Below, piece after piece: positions 1-11,708 of a stretch of DNA of 64,000 nt. The stretch spans positions 53,298,788 through 53,362,787 of the forward strand of contig CM120640.1 of the NCBI GenBank assembly GCA_051362555.1, written 5' to 3'. The DNA is from Lingula anatina (taxonomy: Eukaryota > Animalia > Brachiopoda). Position numbers and translations under genes: made by a program. The notes below the pieces were generated by a model, which was not told the origin of the DNA, did no database searches, and was given only the letters and a program-made list of their open reading frames with translations. Each line of letters begins with the position of its first letter. Positions within the stretch are counted from its first letter, which is position 1.

Positions 1-2130
1 AGATGCACTAGCTACTTTCCAACCCCGCAGAGAATCATCACGTACTAGGCAAGAGCGGTGTCACGTCTGATACTTCGAAGCGTGTACTGACACACACCTT
101 GAAAAAGGGGAGTGAGGTCCGATCTACTGGTAAATTCTGGATCATCCGGTGATTTTAGGATCATTCTGTGCCAAGTCTGGTAGTTGGATAGGCCTGTAGC
201 CTATAGAGAATAATCCTTGTATTTAACGTAGTCAACTGTTACACTCTGTACAGAGACATAAAAGGAAACAAGTAATGATTAAGGTACATCATATTTCATA
301 TATAAGAAATTAAATCATTATTCAGCTTTGCTGAGTGTATACCAGTATTGCTTTAAATTTTGTAAACACAGAAGTAGTGTAACAATGAAATTCATGTTGT
401 AAAATTAAAAATACGAACAATTATATCTGTAAGGTGTTAAAAAATAAGTGCATGTACGTAGGTTATAGTAAGACATTTTTGTAAACAGAAAAAAAATTTG
501 TAACTGAAAAGAAAACCTACCAAGACCCACATACAAGTAAACATGATTTTGGTCTTTGGTCAAATAGCCAAAATTGGGGCAGTGCTGAATGTTTTTGTGA
601 TCAGATATATATAACTGGGGGATAAAAAATTAATTGACTTACAATTTACATATGTTTGAAATGAGTTAAAATTGATTTGTGGATTAGTTAAATTGAACAT
701 TATAGTTCACAAGCTGATATGTATTTGATGTAAGCCTAATGCTTGTCTGGCAGCAACTTCATCCCTTCTCAGTTACTGTATAATGTGCTTTGTTGTGTGA
801 AATAGTTACACAACACTGCAGTATTTACACAAGTGAGAAGTGAGGAAAACTACCACCAGAACTGTAAAATACAAAGAAGGATTGAATTTCTGAAACTAAC
901 TCCACCTTGGCGCAGTAACAATAGTAATTAGGGGAAAATCAATTTCAGTTCTGTAAGCTTTTGCCTTATCAGCTGCTTTGAGATACTTGCACGAAAAGTT
1001 AATTAGATTTTGTTTTCCCTCTAGTATTACTTTCCAAGTTTAATGGCCAATTACTTGTGCCCTGTCTCAGAAATTATCAAATTGAACAATGAATGACAGT
1101 GTCTTTGTTCAAAAGGCAGATGAAGCTTTTATTGTCTGAAGATGGGAAATAATTCATCTGCAAGAACTGAACAAGTTAGCATATGGCTCATGTCTTCAAT
1201 TCACAGACCAGTGACTACTATTTTTTAATAAAATGCCACTCCTTGAAAGAATTGTGAAAATGATGCGTGTTGCTGTTTTGATATATAATGAAGTGTGCAA
1301 ATCGAGTTAAGATTAACTTTCCACTTCTGAGATGAATAACATTGTGAACAGTTTGTCATATCTCATTCACTTTATCAAATAAAATCAGGTCCTGTTCATG
1401 TGGCATGATACCAACTATTTCCCATATCCCCCTCTGAAGCTTACTGAATAATTAGGAGTATTAGAAAAGCAACTCCATGCTGTCATGATGTTAACAGTTT
1501 CAGTTGAGGAATTTATAAACTTTTCATAGTGGAAGAAAAAATGTGGATACCATGCAAGTTAATAGTTTCAATTATCCCGTTCTAATATCAACTGAAAAAT
1601 TCCACCGTGAGAAAGAAAGGGGAAAATACTTAAATGTACACTCACTTCACACAAAGAAACAGTATTTTTTCTCTCACCCCAGGTGGGAAATGGGAATTTA
1701 AAAAGGGCATTCATAAATAATCATCTCTCATATCAGGGTGTGATATGATTGCTTGGCAATTTAACCAGAATAAAAAAGTTCTGTAGGCTGAGATCTTGTG
1801 AAATAGGTTCGCCATTGAAGGAAAACTAATTTTGTGTGTTGGCAAGATTGAGAGAGCTAAAGCATAAGATTACAAATGTGGCAAGCTACATGTGAGGGTG
1901 GAAACTGAGAAGAAATCTATTTTATTTTTTGTTATATGTTGTATGGTTTCAATGTGGCTGTACAATTATTATGCTTCAGAAGTAGATTTCAATGAAGGAC
2001 AAAAATTGCAAAGGGTCATTCTGATGGTTTGTTCTAAGTTTTAAGCTGACCTTTGAGTTTTTAGGGTAAGCAGGGTTCTGAGAAAGTGGCGCACTATTGT
2101 TTTGATTTGAGCGTTGTTGCTCTTTCACAG

Positions 2131-2289
2131 CAGCTTGGTGTGAGTGAATTGATTAAGGGATTGCAGGTCTTCATAGATCTGGCACACAGGTGTGGAGGAT
2201 GCATCTTGGACAGCCACATAAGATGAAAAACTGTGGTTTAATCCTATTAGAGACACTGTTGAGACCTTAGTCAGTTCAAGGTGAGGAAA
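2131..2289 (+). other. Candidate non-coding 5' UTR exon of the connexin-like/NB-ARC gene
   Basis: Good acceptor ctctttcacag| at 2130 and donors caag|gtgagg (2280) and aaa|gtaagt (2289). The exon at 10861 needs an upstream exon. Splice-signal evidence only. Confidence 0.25.
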
Positions 2290-4563
2290 GTAAGTTGTAC
2301 TCTTTCAATAGTTATAGAACAGAATGTTGTGCAGAAAACATTGAATATAAGTCTTTGTTAATCATATTTAGTCTTGCTGCTGAACCTATGTCAATTTAAC
2401 TGATTTAAAGTTAGATTTGTTTTCAAATAGCAAGAGGTGAAGGTGAAATGTGAGGAAAAAAATACATAGTCCGTTTACTTTGATGGTCTGAGAATTGTGC
2501 AAATCTGTCCGCCTCTGCATATTTAAAAAAATCGTTAATAGCTTTCTGCAAGCCGAAACAAAACTTTGTTAGAAAACATTTATTTTTTAAATACTTTAGA
2601 CAGATATGTGTTGAGAAATTAATGGGTTATTACAAATCTTACTATTGCATTTGAGTTTACTATATCCATTTACAATAGATCAATTTAGTTATTGATGAAT
2701 AGGTATAGGATTGGGAGCTTTTTGTTTGCTGTGATATAAGGTTACCTGTGTGTAGACAGACTGCAGGTGTGCCAGTGGCAGAAGAAATAGAGAAGCAGGC
2801 AGATTTAGAGGACATAGATAAAATGTTATGTCCCATACTACTTTTTAAAGTGTTTTTGATGTAGCATTTGCATAATATGTTTGTAAACTTTTATTCCTCG
2901 TTTACATAATTGATAGATTAATATCATTATTAGAAACTGAAAGAATCAAGAACACATTAGACTCCAAATGAGGTGATACAACAATAGAATGATGAAGCGA
3001 TAAAATTATAATAGTGTAAGGAGTCAAGTGCACAGAGATGGTTAAGATAAGTCTTACCAACTGTCCACAGAGTAACCAGCCATTTCATGGACAAAACTAA
3101 ATTTTAAAACTGATCCCAGTCGCCATTTTTCTCCAAATTTTTCTACACATGCCTTTTATAGGGGACAACACTGAGGATTATTGAAGAGAGAGCAGTTCTA
3201 CATAAATAGCTCAGATATCTAGATCAGATATGTAACATGGATATAAAAGGACCCAGCATTACTGCATACATCTCAGTACGATACCAGTCAATATATCAGC
3301 AAGGAACCTTCTATTCTGGGACGATCTGTTTAAAAAATACAACAGAACAGCTCACAGTTGTAAGCTGCAAACACTTGTGTTTCTCTGTATGATAAAATAG
3401 TATGCCACATGGTAAGTTGCACCTGTGCTTTACCTGGTCATGCAGTAAGGTAAGAAATTACCAAGAGAGCCCTACTGTGAAGTGTAGAGATTTGGTGCAA
3501 GTAGAATTTAGGTAAGACTTTGTTCTTGAGCCTTGTTAACCTAATAGTTTGTTCATTTATCTCTTTGAACAGCATATATACCTGGTAACACATTTACAGA
3601 ATCATGAATGCAATTTTTATGAAAAATTTGTATCATGTTTTAAATTATCAAAGCATGCAATACCACAAAATGAAAGATATGTGAATACATTCGCATGAAT
3701 TGAAAGATGCATCTTTCATTTGAAGGAATCCCGTTTTCATGAAAAGCACTAATTGAAGTTGCAAAATGTCCCGTTTCTTTTTTCCCATTTGTTAGTATTT
3801 GTTCTGAATGCAGTGATACAAGGGATTTGCACAGAGATTTGAGATAGTTTTGACCAAAAAGCTATATGATGAAAATGTTGAGTAAGAAAATGTCTCTGTG
3901 ATGAAAAGCACTGGATGTCCAGGCAGTTTGAAAATGCACCTGAAACTGTGCCATAATTTCACATCATATTCTGTCTTTGGAAAAATTCCATCCCAAGTTT
4001 CACCCCACTGATAGGGAGGCCTTGTCTATCATCTACAGTTATGAGTCATTGTTTGTATCATCTTGCTATCCTCCAGAGGCTGTTCTGTTCAGTTGTTAAT
4101 CAATTGAGGATTAGAAAAACTGTCTGCAGAATGTGTAGAAGGTAAAAAAAATGCATATAGTAATTGCAGAACTTTTTCTTTATTCGTGAATTTTCATACA
4201 AAGAATTTTTGCAATGTCAAATAGTGGAATGTGGTCTATGTTTTTATTGAAATTATCAACATATTGAGTCAGATGTTTTCTGATGTTATTTGACCCTTTT
4301 TGGCTTAGTTGTCAAAATCAGGTGGGAATTGAAACTTTTCCTGCTCCTGTCTTTCAATAGTGTCTTGTTCCTCTACATGAGTGTGAGAAAATAGGGAATA
4401 TTTTGCTTCTGTGGTTGAACCATTTGCTTAGCATTAAATCCAAGTGGGGTTTCTACCCAGTTCTCTTTTCTCAAGAGAGTCCAAGAAACTGGTGCAGACT
4501 TTGTACCTTTTTAAAAATGCCACTAGCTAATTGGAGCTTAGGCTTAATGAAGTTGCATGCATG

Positions 4564-4566
<3 letters not shown>

Positions 4567-4632
<66 letters not shown>
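4567..4632. repeat. (TA)n microsatellite
   Basis: Direct reading, 33 units. Confidence 0.98.
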
Positions 4633-4636
<4 letters not shown>

Positions 4637-7600
4637 AAGAAATGGAATGAGTAAGACCAATGTGTTGACACAGTTGCAAAAAACTGACAATCTGCCAAGG
4701 ATGATAATCCCATGACCTTTACAGGAATTTCATTTATGGAACATGTAGGTCTGGAAGATCTGTAGATATCCTCTAGCTGATGTTCAGTTTCCATAGTGAT
4801 ACATATGTGAGTAAATTGGCAATTTGTCAGATTTTGACAGGTAGCTTGTGACATTTAGTGGTGACACGTGGTGCTTTCATTTGTAATTGGCTTTTTGCGT
4901 ATTTTTCATGAATGTAGGTTTGTTTTGACCATTGAACATATGAGGGCAGGCAGTAAGAACTGGATTATGAACTTAGCAAACAATAACCTATGGTATCTAA
5001 CATTACTGCAGTAAAAATGCATTTTGGTATTACCTTTTGTAAGTCTGCTTGAGGTAGCTTTTTAAAAAAAAAAAGGCAAACAGTTATGAGAGTTTACCCA
5101 ACTGGCATTCATTACAAATCTAATTTCTTCCCTTTGAACAACATTGTTCTGGGAGTGAAGACAGTTCATTATTTCTAGCTGTCTGCCAAAGAAAGCGAGA
5201 TAATCTCTCTCTCCTTATGTACATGTGGTGATATTAAACAATTGTATACTATGATAAAGAAAAAAAGAAGAAATGCCAAGAGGATGGGATGAGAAAACTG
5301 CAGCATTAACCGGCTTCACTTAGAATTAATATGGATTTGAAGGGTATTTTTTTAATGTTTACAGTGCATGCATAAGCAAAGGAGAACTTGTTTTTCTGAT
5401 CCAGGTTTGGATAATGTGATTTTTTTGTATCATAATTCTTCTTTGTGAAAGAACTGCGTGCCTGGTGATGAATACTTGACTTTGTGGTAAAAGTGCTGGT
5501 ACATGTAGTATGACTTTAAGCTAGAATAGCTGTTGTTATTTTTTTACAAGACATTTTCTAAAGGTTAAGCCTTGCACTGCCAAGTTCAACAATGGATAAA
5601 TGTGTTGGTTGCAGTTGTTTGATTTGAAAGTTTTTTTTTTTTTGTCTGAAAAAAAAGCAGCCAGTTAAATGATTTGCCAGGAAGTAGTTATAAGATGATC
5701 ATGTGTTTACTTGTTGACAGAATATTTTCATGGACTATAGCCCAGTATTTTCAGCTTTTGTAACATATTTTTTACTTTATAAAACTGTTTAATCACTACA
5801 TATTACTTGACAAAGTAGTGAAAATTGTAGACGTACCTCATCTGTCTTTTCTTGAACAGGATTGGTTGCAAAAAAGTGGCAAAGGTTTAATGCAAGGAAA
5901 AAAAAGTAAGAAGATTGACCCTTTTCTGATTTAATCAAATACTGGCAAATTTAGATGACTGTTCTCAACATGCAAGTTCCATGTTGATGTTGAAATGAAA
6001 ATTTTGTAGAAGAATGCAAGATTTTGATTCACTATTGAGTTTGTGAGTTGTTACTGATTGGTGATTTCTTTGCAAGGCAGTCTTTCTCTGTGTAAGCCAT
6101 TTTACTAAAACTGATCAGAAGTGGTGTACATAATGATAAGGATAGATTCAAGATTGAATAGTCTCTAGCACTCATAACTTGAATGTGGCTTGGACCACCC
6201 TTATGTATAGAAATTTTTTTGAATATGAGAGCTGTTTTTACCTAAAAATATTTAACTTATTTTGTCCAAATTTGACATTTGAATTATGTTACAACATTTT
6301 GGCTTTTAGCAATATGCCCTAGCAAAAAATATGTTAAGCATTGCATAAAATATAAAAATAAAGTGAATAATCATTCTAAAAAAAGTAATGAAAATGGATA
6401 GACAAAAAACAAGAAAAATAAAAGTAATAAACAAGCAGCCAATAAAATTATTATAGCATTACCTTAATCTGCATTTTATTGGCTGCTTGGTTATTCTTTA
6501 TTCTTTCCTCTTTAGCATAGACAACTTTTTTTCACAATTTGTGAAACCTTTTATGGAAAGGTTTATCTTCGTTATTCTGAAAGAAAGTAAGGGATATTTT
6601 GCAAGAGGGTCTGTTAAAGTACTTGTCAGAGAAAAATGCACAGGCATTGGCAAGAAGATGAGTGCTGAACCTGTGCCCTGTTGCAGATCAGCAGGGCCGA
6701 CCCAAAAAAGTCTCAGGTGAAGTGGAAATCTATTGTTAGGATATGTTCCCATCCATCCACATCTTGGCATAGAAATCTCCCACATGTATGAAGTATGTAC
6801 CAGTAATGTGTGTGCTTCTGCTCTTCCTTTAGGCCACATTTCCTTAATAAACTGATTAACAGACCTTTTGCTCTTCTAATGGAATTAAACCTTTTATAAC
6901 CTTCAAAAGGTGCTGTGATTTGGATTAATACCTAGGATTTCTACTCAAGTAAAGTTTTGTATACAGATATGGTCCAGGTGGGATACATTGATTGTGAAAA
7001 TGTTGCTATCTTGTCAGATTCAATAGAGAGTTATATGCTAAATTAAATCTAGCTGTCTCAACATGAGGATTATTTTCAGGGCCTCTTCATCACTCAATCC
7101 AAGCATGATAGACAGTCTTGGCATCAAATTGCATTAAGTGACACATGCATAAGGTCAGGTTTTCTATTGGTATTTATCTGGTAATGCCAGTCATTCTTTT
7201 GATTATGAGTGCATTCTGTGGATTTTATTTGAGAGACTATCACACAGATGCTTAAAGTGTAACATTAAAAGATATGTTAAGTAGTTTGATCTTCGTAAAC
7301 TGTAGCAGGTGATTAATTAATACAGCATGAGAAAGAAGCCTGATTACGGCATGAAGATTCCAAATTACTTGCTTTGAGATTTGATATCCATCTACCTGAG
7401 AACATATTTAGTTTGAAAAATGAATGTAATACAAAGTGATATACAAGGAAATATGATAAGGAATGCTTTACACTGAACTGGCATGTGCTAAAGAAAAAAA
7501 CATTTTAAAAGAGTGATTGGAGAGATCCTCACGCTAAACCATGTTGTGCCCTTTGAAATTGAATAGAATAACACGGATGATCACAAGAGATTATTTCAGC

Positions 7601-9894
7601 AACATTATTATTCATAATTCTGCCCCCCCCTCCTCTCCAAAAGGGATACCCTCTGATATCAGGGTCCTCTAAAATAGTATACAAAATTAAAGTGTAGACC
7701 ACTGTGGGCACTCACCAATCAACTCGTCTGCACTTACATAACTACCCTTCCCCTACCTGCTCCTTAAACAGTAGATAATTGTGGTGTTGGGTGTAATCAC
7801 ATAGCTGAGCATCTGGAGTGGAGGGGGGGGGCTACTGCATTTAAATTTACTGTCCTGTTGTCTGAGTCTGCTGTCTGTGTTTAGTTGCATTTTCATAAGA
7901 CTTAAATAAAGTTTTGTTGGGTTCTAAGCGTTTCTTAAAGGAGTGGGCTGTTTCACAGAACCTACTTCTAATACATTATCATGCTTGCTGAGTTACCACC
8001 TGGCTCTGATACTACCTAGGGGATTTGATATGATGTTAGATGGGCATTATAATCCTTGAGTCTTGTCATAGTGAGATAACCTTAAATATGAAGTTTTTAA
8101 GTGTACGTGTACACAACAGGATAGTCTGTAGGGGACCTATCTGTAGGGGATAATATTGTAGAGCTGTTCAGTGTATGCAGTCATCATATAGAACAGATTT
8201 ACTGGTAACTAAGTTTGTGAGATAATGTGTTTTACACTTAATTTTTGCATTCATATCAGATATGTTTTTAATGCTAGAAATACATTTATTTTTCTAGGTT
8301 TATTTGATTTGATTGTTGGTACAACTTAAAACATTGTTATAAGACTAATTATTATGAAGCAAAATCTCATGGAAAGATACTGTAATGTTCTTTTGATAAT
8401 CAGTGCATATTCAAAACAAATAAAGAGAGGTTGAGTTAAACTTCATTGAAGGCTAGTTCAAACTTCACATGTAGTAATATTATGCCTTCCAGTATTTATA
8501 GTTGCTATATTGAAGGAGAGGAAGAAATTATTTTCTCAATTCAATAATTGGTTGGTGTTGGTGGCAAGAACGGGAGTCACCCTGTGTTGCTCGAGCAAGA
8601 ACACCTTGACGACAGAGTGCCTCGATAAATTGATAAAATTCTGAGATAGATACTTGAACGTGGTTAGTAATTTTCCAGTATATACTTTAGATTTGATAAT
8701 TGTTTAAGATTATCTTTCATGGTAAGTATGTTATCAATAAGATGCACAGTGATAACAAATCGGGTAAATGCACTGGCATGTCTGATTTGGCAAAACATAA
8801 ATATGCATAAATATGTATACTGATGTTATATCCGTGAGATAACATAATTTTGGAATTTTACACTTAGCTGCATGCAGTTTTTCAGAAAGGAACAAAGCCA
8901 TTAATCTATACCCTATTGTCAGATTGTTTCTGCAGTCAGACTATATTATATAAATAATCAGCAGTACAGAATTGTAAGATGAAACAATGAGCTAACTACT
9001 GCTTTTGTAATGTGTATCTCCTTCACATGCCATACATCAGTTTAAAAGCTAAAGCTTTTTAACTAACAGACTAGAATGCGATTTTTGAAGTTGATAGTAG
9101 GATAGTAAGCTGTCATTATATGAACTTGCATGCCTGTTCATTTAATTGACCGAGTAGCTTTATTGGATCTTCTTTATAGGATACATGATGTCAACCACAT
9201 AAGTCAAAAAGATATGGGGCTAATCTTGAGACATATAATGCTTTAATACATACACTTGCTTTTTATGTATGTTTTGATGGTATTGGAAACTTAGTGGAGA
9301 AAAGATGTGAATAGAATTTAGATTATGAACATGTATGTGGTGGAAGTGGGGAATGTCCTACTGGTGCTCTAAGATGTATGTCATAGTAAGCCAAGCATCA
9401 TTTTATCAGTCTGGTCATGGTATTCTGAATAGTAGTGCATAATAAAGTATCCATTGAATGAAAGATGCACCAAGTACCACAGATGAAATATCAGGCATAT
9501 GTTTGTAAAATATATACATGGATTGGGTGCTGAGTTGATGGTATGAGATTAAAGATATTTCATTTGGTATTTGCTTAGATTTAAACTAATATAGACTTAT
9601 ATAGTATCGTAACACGTACAAATACAGATAAGAAAAAAGGTTCTCTTTTGGCTCTGATTTATTTAGAAAAATGTAATAGGACCATATGATATAATTCCTT
9701 GATAGGACATACAGCTGATTTGGTATTAAGGCTAAATCAGGTTTTTAGGTCTTCACACAATTTCTTAAAGTGATGGAATTGCTTGGTACATTCTTGTTGT
9801 AAAACAACATGATAAATGGTTTTAACCATATGGACCTAGTTTAATCTTTGATTCTGTTATTGTAAGTTGTCTGCAGTGTCTAGTGGTGGTATAC

Positions 9895-10190
9895 TGTAAA
9901 AATCTGACTCTCCTAAAAGGTGACTCCCCAGTCAAAATTTCAATGCATTTATGAAATTTTGACTCCCCCACGAAACTTCATAAATCTAATTTTATTTGAG
10001 TATATGACTTTTATCTTGTAGTATGCATAATGGAGGATACATTGGCACTTTTTTGTTAGTTTGCAGGTTAGGGTTAGGGTTAGGGTCAGCCCCTTTGGGA
10101 GTCAAGATTTCATGGGGGAAGTCAGATTTTCATAATGAAATCTTGACTCTGGGAGTCAGATTTTTATGGGAGTCGTATTTTCGTGTTACA
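9895..10190. mobile_element. Fold-back MITE-like element with repeated subterminal (tctgactccc) units and central (TTAGGG)3
   Basis: Left arm tgactc(t/c)cc units mirror right-arm gggagtca units; termini tgtaa...ttaca; ggttagggttagggttaggg at ~10066-10086. Confidence 0.65.
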
Positions 10191-10876
10191 TTGGGGATGG
10201 GGAGACATGTTATTCACATAGAGTTTGCTTGGATAGACTGATACTAAGTTAAACTTTCACAGTTGGACTAAAAATGTGCCTTTAGTGCATGGAATAAATG
10301 TATTTAATATGCTCTCAAGAGTTGCATTCAATCTTCACCCAGCTGTGTTGACATTTCCCCATCTCAGAGTGACAATGATCAGTATTGATTGAGAAATCAG
10401 ATGCAATAATCTCACTTTGCTGAAGTGTCATACTGGAATGATATTAATAGTGGGGAATTTAAATTGGCTACAAGTAAGGCATGGCATGTGCAGACTGGTG
10501 GTATTTCCCTCCAAGTCTGTTCACTGTGCTTGATGTCTTTTGAGGAGTACAGTAATTTCCTCTACAGGGAATTCATAGTGATAGAGCAGAGTACTACCAG
10601 AGACAGCTAATCTAAGTTACACACTCAGACTTCAGTGGGCATCCCTTTGATAGTACAAAAGTATGATAAGGACAGTTTGTTTTCACTGATCTAATATTTA
10701 ATGCTGCTGTGAATTGGTTTTCTCCTTTCTGTATTTTGATTAGCCAAGCCCTTTGTTCTTACTTGTCTTTTCTCCAATCTTGTCATGTCAGTTATATGGT
10801 GTCATTAAATTTGAATTTAACTGGTCATGCTTAATGATTATCTTTTCTTTTAATTTCTAGGTTACCAGTCATTACA

Positions 10877-10894
10877 ATGAGGACACTAACATAA
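10877..10894 (+). promoter_or_regulatory. Short uORF (MRTLT*) 24 nt upstream of the main ATG
   Basis: atg agg aca cta aca taa lies between the acceptor at 10860 and ATG 10919, in the same frame. Confidence 0.5.
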
Positions 10895-10918
10895 AGCAGT
10901 CCCCAGGAACTTAGGGCG

Positions 10919-11708
10919 ATGCCGAAGGCTAAGAGGTTAGAGGCCTTGGTATCCATACTGCGATATCCAGGGGAAGTTCTAACATGGCTGGGGCTTATAC
11001 AGTTCTTCGTCTTTGCTCTGTTCCGTTTCCCAGCAGTAGGGATCACAAAGGAGATTCTGTATGATGGTGAGGAGGAGGGGTTCAAATGTAACCTTACTGG
11101 GTACTATGCTACACCAACGGCAGCCACACCTAAAGAGACCCTGGCATGTTATAAGATATACAAGGGGCCAGTGACAGTATCGATATTGTTGGCAGTACAA
11201 GCAATAGCCATTTTGGTTATGTGGGGAGGATACTTCATCTATGCCAGGTTTTGTAATGAGGTTCTAGAACACTCCAACTTGTCAGTTCTTTACGGAGGAT
11301 GCCATGATAGACGGGCCCGCCTCGTCACTCTGTATAGGATACAGACATTTTGCAGGGTTCTTACCGAGATATTATTTGTATCAATAAAAGTCAGTAACAT
11401 CAATGTGAATGTCCGGAGTTACCATGTCTGTTCAAGCACTTTTAACCAGTTTGTCCATGAAGAAGATGACCACACCAATCTTACAACACCAACTTTAATA
11501 TGTTCAGTGACACGATTCCATGACAAGACAGTATTTCTCCATGCCCTGTTAGTTATTGATATTGTAAGCTTAATTCTGGCCCTGATTGACTTAACGGTGG
11601 TGTGTATCCATGACCCAGACTATTTGTTCCCAGGACATCGAAAGATGCAAGTTGATGATGATAGTGCTAACCAGAGTCTGACTTCCATGAGATATACCTC
11701 TACACCAG
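10919..11708 (+). CDS. Coding exon 1 of connexin-like/NB-ARC/TPR gene: connexin-like four-TM domain (aa ~20-228) plus linker
   Basis: Acceptor tttctag|g at 10860/10861; in-frame stop (10892-10894) upstream of ATG 10919; donor CCAG|gtacag at 11708/11709 (phase 1). Translation follows connexin motifs in order: FFVFALFR-x-ILYDGEEEGFKCN-x-CY-x-LLAVQ (cf. LFIFR-x-VWGDEQSDFxCN-x-CY-x-WVLQ) and LY-x-FCRVLTEILF-x-C-x-CSVTRFHDKTVF-x-VSLILALIDL (cf. Y-x-FKxxFEVxF-x-C-x-CFVSRPTEKTVF-x-VSLxLNxxEL). Confidence 0.85.

Noticed and set aside
4403-4854. ORFs with YIYIYI runs
   Set aside because: Translation of the (TA)n microsatellite; no coding signal.
8575-8630. tRNA gene or SINE (tgttgctcgagcaagaacacctt)
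   Set aside because: Only a short SINE-core-like fragment; no cloverleaf or complete A/B boxes visible.
10066-10086. Telomere or chromosome-fusion site
   Set aside because: Only three units, in one orientation, embedded in a fold-back element.
10919-11708. Innexin/pannexin assignment because of two Cys per loop
   Set aside because: No YYQWV-type innexin motif; the surrounding motifs (FxFR, FxCN, CxVxRxxxKTVF) follow connexins.
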